DNA of 64,000 bases from Candidatus Hydrothermarchaeales archaeon (GTDB taxonomy: Archaea; Hydrothermarchaeota; Hydrothermarchaeia; Hydrothermarchaeales; JAZGAD01). The notes under the pieces are model-generated. The model saw only the letters and a list, made by a program, of their open reading frames with translations. It searched no databases and was not told the DNA's origin. This document shows positions 63,001-64,000 of the stretch, piece by piece. Positions within the stretch are counted from its first letter, which is position 1. Each line of letters starts with the position of its first letter. The translations under genes and the position numbers were made by a program. The stretch covers positions 1 through 64,000 of the forward strand of contig JAZGAD010000012.1 of the NCBI GenBank assembly GCA_036444275.1, in the 5' to 3' direction.

Positions 63001-64000
63001 TTGCTCTGGAACTGCAACGATAATGCAACTTACTCTTGGACTGTTATATACGCCAATGATAGTGAGGGCAACGCGAATAGTTCCACGTCTGGTTTACCTT
63101 TGAATTGGACCTGCGACTTAACACCGCCTACCGTGGGGAATACAAGTATCAACGTGACCAGTGTACTTGCTGGTTCTGTGATTTGTGTGAATCATACTGC
63201 CAATGATACGTGGGGTGTTTTGAATGAGACTTGGGTCATGATCACCTATCCAGATGGCTCAGTCGACAACGTGAGCACCAACGACACGGGTGTGAGCTGT
63301 GCTGACACTGCTGACGACAACTGGTACGGCGCAGAGATCAACGTGGGCAACACGCCGGGCAACCTTACTGTGAATACGTCTTACGCCAACGACACAGCGG
63401 GTAACTTGGGTGTCCAAATACCCTCCCCAAACAAAACCGTGACGGTAATCGATAACCAGATCCCATGGTACACCGCTGACTCGGACAATTCCAACGGCTT
63501 AGTGACCAACGATACCATGGTGAACGTCTCGGTCTATTGGCAGGACGCTGGGGGGCTGGATACAGCCATCCTCAGGACAAATGAGAGCGGGACCTGGAAA
63601 AATATCAGCAGTGTAAACCTGAGCGGAACTGATGCCTGGGCGAACTTCACCATAAACACTTCCAACGCTACGGGCAATACCACTTGCTGGAATCAGTACG
63701 CCAACGACAACTCTAACAACCTGAACACGAGCATGCTCACCACTGAGCACTGCTTCTACGTAGTTAATGCCCCTAAGGGCTATTATATCTACACCAGTGA
63801 GAACTTCTTCGTCAGGGTGCGGTATCGGCCACCAACGTGGGGGTCCTACAACGATTCAACTCACCAAACCCTTGAGGAGATATTCTACAATGACACTACA
63901 GCCCCTGTAGGGGATAGGCATAACGTGTATATGTACGGAGAAAACTATCGGGTCAACACTCAATACGAGGTTATATATTATTACCCAGATGGTGACTTGG
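57004..64000 (+). CDS. Giant secreted/membrane-anchored repetitive surface glycoprotein (>2330 aa, 3' end outside window)
   Basis: ATG 57004 after GGGGAG; MEFRYSVAFVILIPTLIFGLMYY hydrophobic N-terminus; frame open in the segments read and no terminated ORF reported by the track in this frame; dense N-x-S/T sequons; Ig-like D..P.F repeats. Confidence 0.88.
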   Translation, partial: MEFRYSVAFVILIPTLIFGLMYYASLPPGVQGDVGRAVERPIILEAAVEPFKVLPGDTMLVTAEVADDVGIAGVMADMGGIESIDLVLVNGTIHRGVWRGEWFVHDTEVREYNATITAVNILGESTSQNVAWSDPIENLSATVETLYVLTSQMSITGCTLTTERESHGPSDNISASVDGKWVSAGCRWEFEMDNATLTDNTFVSANITIRHYASSGYDNDIALLQYSMDGGLNWDILETFNSSNPIPLTPITKTYAAPLITSWEHVSNTIVRLVAEEKTGGVDTWTWYVDFIKLDVNFSQTAPLAKRVFHVHDGQVSSNLTSGSGKGHARSAIIVWNRNDTSMSFTNISDTYRDPIINSLNGSSPLGATLSGNKTVAWASQSISAKNLSVFSYYWYRTTTSYPGGNVTTNATDDEGSGKRIYGDINTSAGPAANIITQIQDNISMRWDYGVWNVIQNKTRNFSIRLATWQCSASLSTSTTPVLWVRVPGGWSNVSGAGWTIFGSVDEGWTLSRRDMPDAFNDTSCGNGAYSTDWNFTATSPSVSEATPYVFDTRLDYTDSNSRIHHTVGEHLVQVVIDAEKPTFDGNTAINTTVAGSGGVVKLNETVNDNVGVESVWFTVNGTNYTFNGSSGNEYYLLWTCSANENYSWSAIYAKDYADNFNSATVDPALNWTCDLTPPTVANTSVDLTSVPRDTLICVNHTANDTWGSLNETWVMITYPGAENTSNFTTSDTGPYCAGEADDGWYGTEINVGNTPGNLTVNTSYANDTVANLGFQTPFPNLTVEVIGVMVPSIRVYREQPTYVGPDKNMSIRFFIWNDLNATRGTDSTTLIEDYDDAWSGIDPCCGGTDNGTHVIWNLGSLGIDDVTTVYYNITANTEQGTFSAYTNYTYGVNWNETTPDSYNTSVSSGGAYFDAELDLIAGGMLDRTISNGTNYTARITLKNIGNASTDYYMVQYYWIFNKSGWNVSVLSGCDQSKVFDYNSSHKALECNITSRINPGESVSFTFNVNSTALGHTEAVISNATYDPPVASEASVGEPSLDHGDMKIKVVSTGLEIDGGRGKPFNSVFILLLAVFLLFSVTLGIIDRGDAEFSYGVVFAILVPTIVFGFMYYSLDSGVQGEVGRAVERPIIVEAGVEPVKVLPGDTMLVTAEVIDDVGIAGVTADMGGIESIVLALVNGTINRGVWRGEWLVHDTEVRGYNATITAVNILGESTSQNVAWLDTPDPPEVFHIHDNYFDNDVNPPRGGGAGNGFFRVIILLWNNNSGSTTYTNINDTYTYPTRDLIDALVNSSPTAQRIPSSVYWTSQQYTVSAKNFSLFRYDWQMKRRPEPSAESIEASATDNGGESTTVSYGNIIAPGGPAAYIITQINGSEQGFGYGVWDVMGGSSRDYSIRLESPVCTSALDTSACTPDLTVRIPGVWNITDWPGWAKTGSEINGWTLTRTDMPNGFNDSVCGSPSQYSTDSGLGWTPTDWSFTAIAPSPPTTSRYVFNTTLQYCDDQTQTHDTVGEHLVQVAPDTEAPSFGNQAGVNATIAGSNKVVKLNESVSDNVGVESVLFTVNDYNYTFNGSSGSEFYLLWTCSANENYSWSAIYAIDSSNNLNGSISGLPLNWTCDVTAPSVGNTSVDLTNAFAGTVVCVNHTASDIGGSLNETWVMITYPNGDTSNRNTNDTGVWCAGEADDGWYGKEINVGGSEGNLTVNTSYANDTAGNLGVQTPFPNLTIEVVGDAEAPTFGNDPGRNATIVGNGSVVKLNETVNDTGVGVDIVLFTVNGTNYTYTNSSGDEFYLLWTCNDNSNYSWSAIYANDSAGNLNGSISGLPLNWTCDVTPPTVGNTSVNATSVLADSVVCVNHTASDIGGVLNETWVMITDQNGDTSNVLTNDTGVWCAGGVGDGWYGEEINVGGSEGNLTVNTSYANDSAGNLGVDPAFPNLTVEVTVEEDNEAPTFGNVTGVNVTIAGSGGVVKLNETVSDNVGVNVTLFTVNGFNYTANSSDGEKYLLWNCNDNATYSWTVIYANDSEGNANSSTSGLPLNWTCDLTPPTVGNTSINVTSVLAGSVICVNHTANDTWGVLNETWVMITYPDGSVDNVSTNDTGVSCADTADDNWYGAEINVGNTPGNLTVNTSYANDTAGNLGVQIPSPNKTVTVIDNQIPWYTADSDNSNGLVTNDTMVNVSVYWQDAGGLDTAILRTNESGTWKNISSVNLSGTDAWANFTINTSNATGNTTCWNQYANDNSNNLNTSMLTTEHCFYVVNAPKGYYIYTSENFFVRVRYRPPTWGSYNDSTHQTLEEIFYNDTTAPVGDRHNVYMYGENYRVNTQYEVIYYYPDGDL
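57088..60667 (+). repeat. ~310-bp near-identical module duplicated (57088-57400 and 60355-60667)
   Basis: GVQGDVGRAVERPII...GESTSQNVAW in both copies; offset 3267 nt, in frame. Confidence 0.9.
58735..63447 (+). repeat. ~625-bp two-domain repeat: one copy at 58735-59361 and three tandem copies at 61558-62181, 62188-62814 and 62827-63447
   Basis: D.E.PTF....VVKLNE.V.DNVGV...LNWTCD.T.P.V.NTS...CVNHTA.D...LNETWVMIT...C.G..DDGWYG.EINVG...NLTVNTSYAND. Confidence 0.92.

Noticed and set aside
56950-63750. Many minus-strand and off-frame ORFs across the giant gene
   Set aside because: Shadows of the repetitive frame +1 ORF; they repeat with its repeats.

Overview
This is an archaeal chromosome segment from an anaerobic, euryarchaeote-like lineage. 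Markers include A-type ATPase, RFA-P synthase, MtrH, geranylgeranyl reductase, mevalonate kinase, PAC2 and TATA/BRE promoters; a Hydrothermarchaeota-like origin is my inference only. Housekeeping blocks are elp3-mptG-pyrD-gap, tusA-iscS-iscU, atpEFABD, sugar metabolism, mvk, tRNA-Phe and mtrH plus a corrinoid activator. They are interrupted by accessory DNA. (1) A defence region at ~10.8-25.6 kb holds many toxin-antitoxin pairs, radC, a type IIG restriction-modification gene and a complete ubiquitin-like conjugation operon (Ubl, E2, JAB-E1 fusion) with a divergent TrmB regulator. (2) A cassette-like array at 29-32.6 kb has attC-like repeats. (3) Several integrase-less TA micro-islands are each bracketed by a direct repeat, usually the 3' end of the upstream gene or tRNA. 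(4) A NurA-HerA pair is followed by an unannotated, strongly structured ~155-nt RNA with its own predicted promoter. (5) A giant (>2300 aa) repetitive surface glycoprotein gene, missed by the ORF track, runs off the window end. All family calls come from motif recognition by eye, not database searches.
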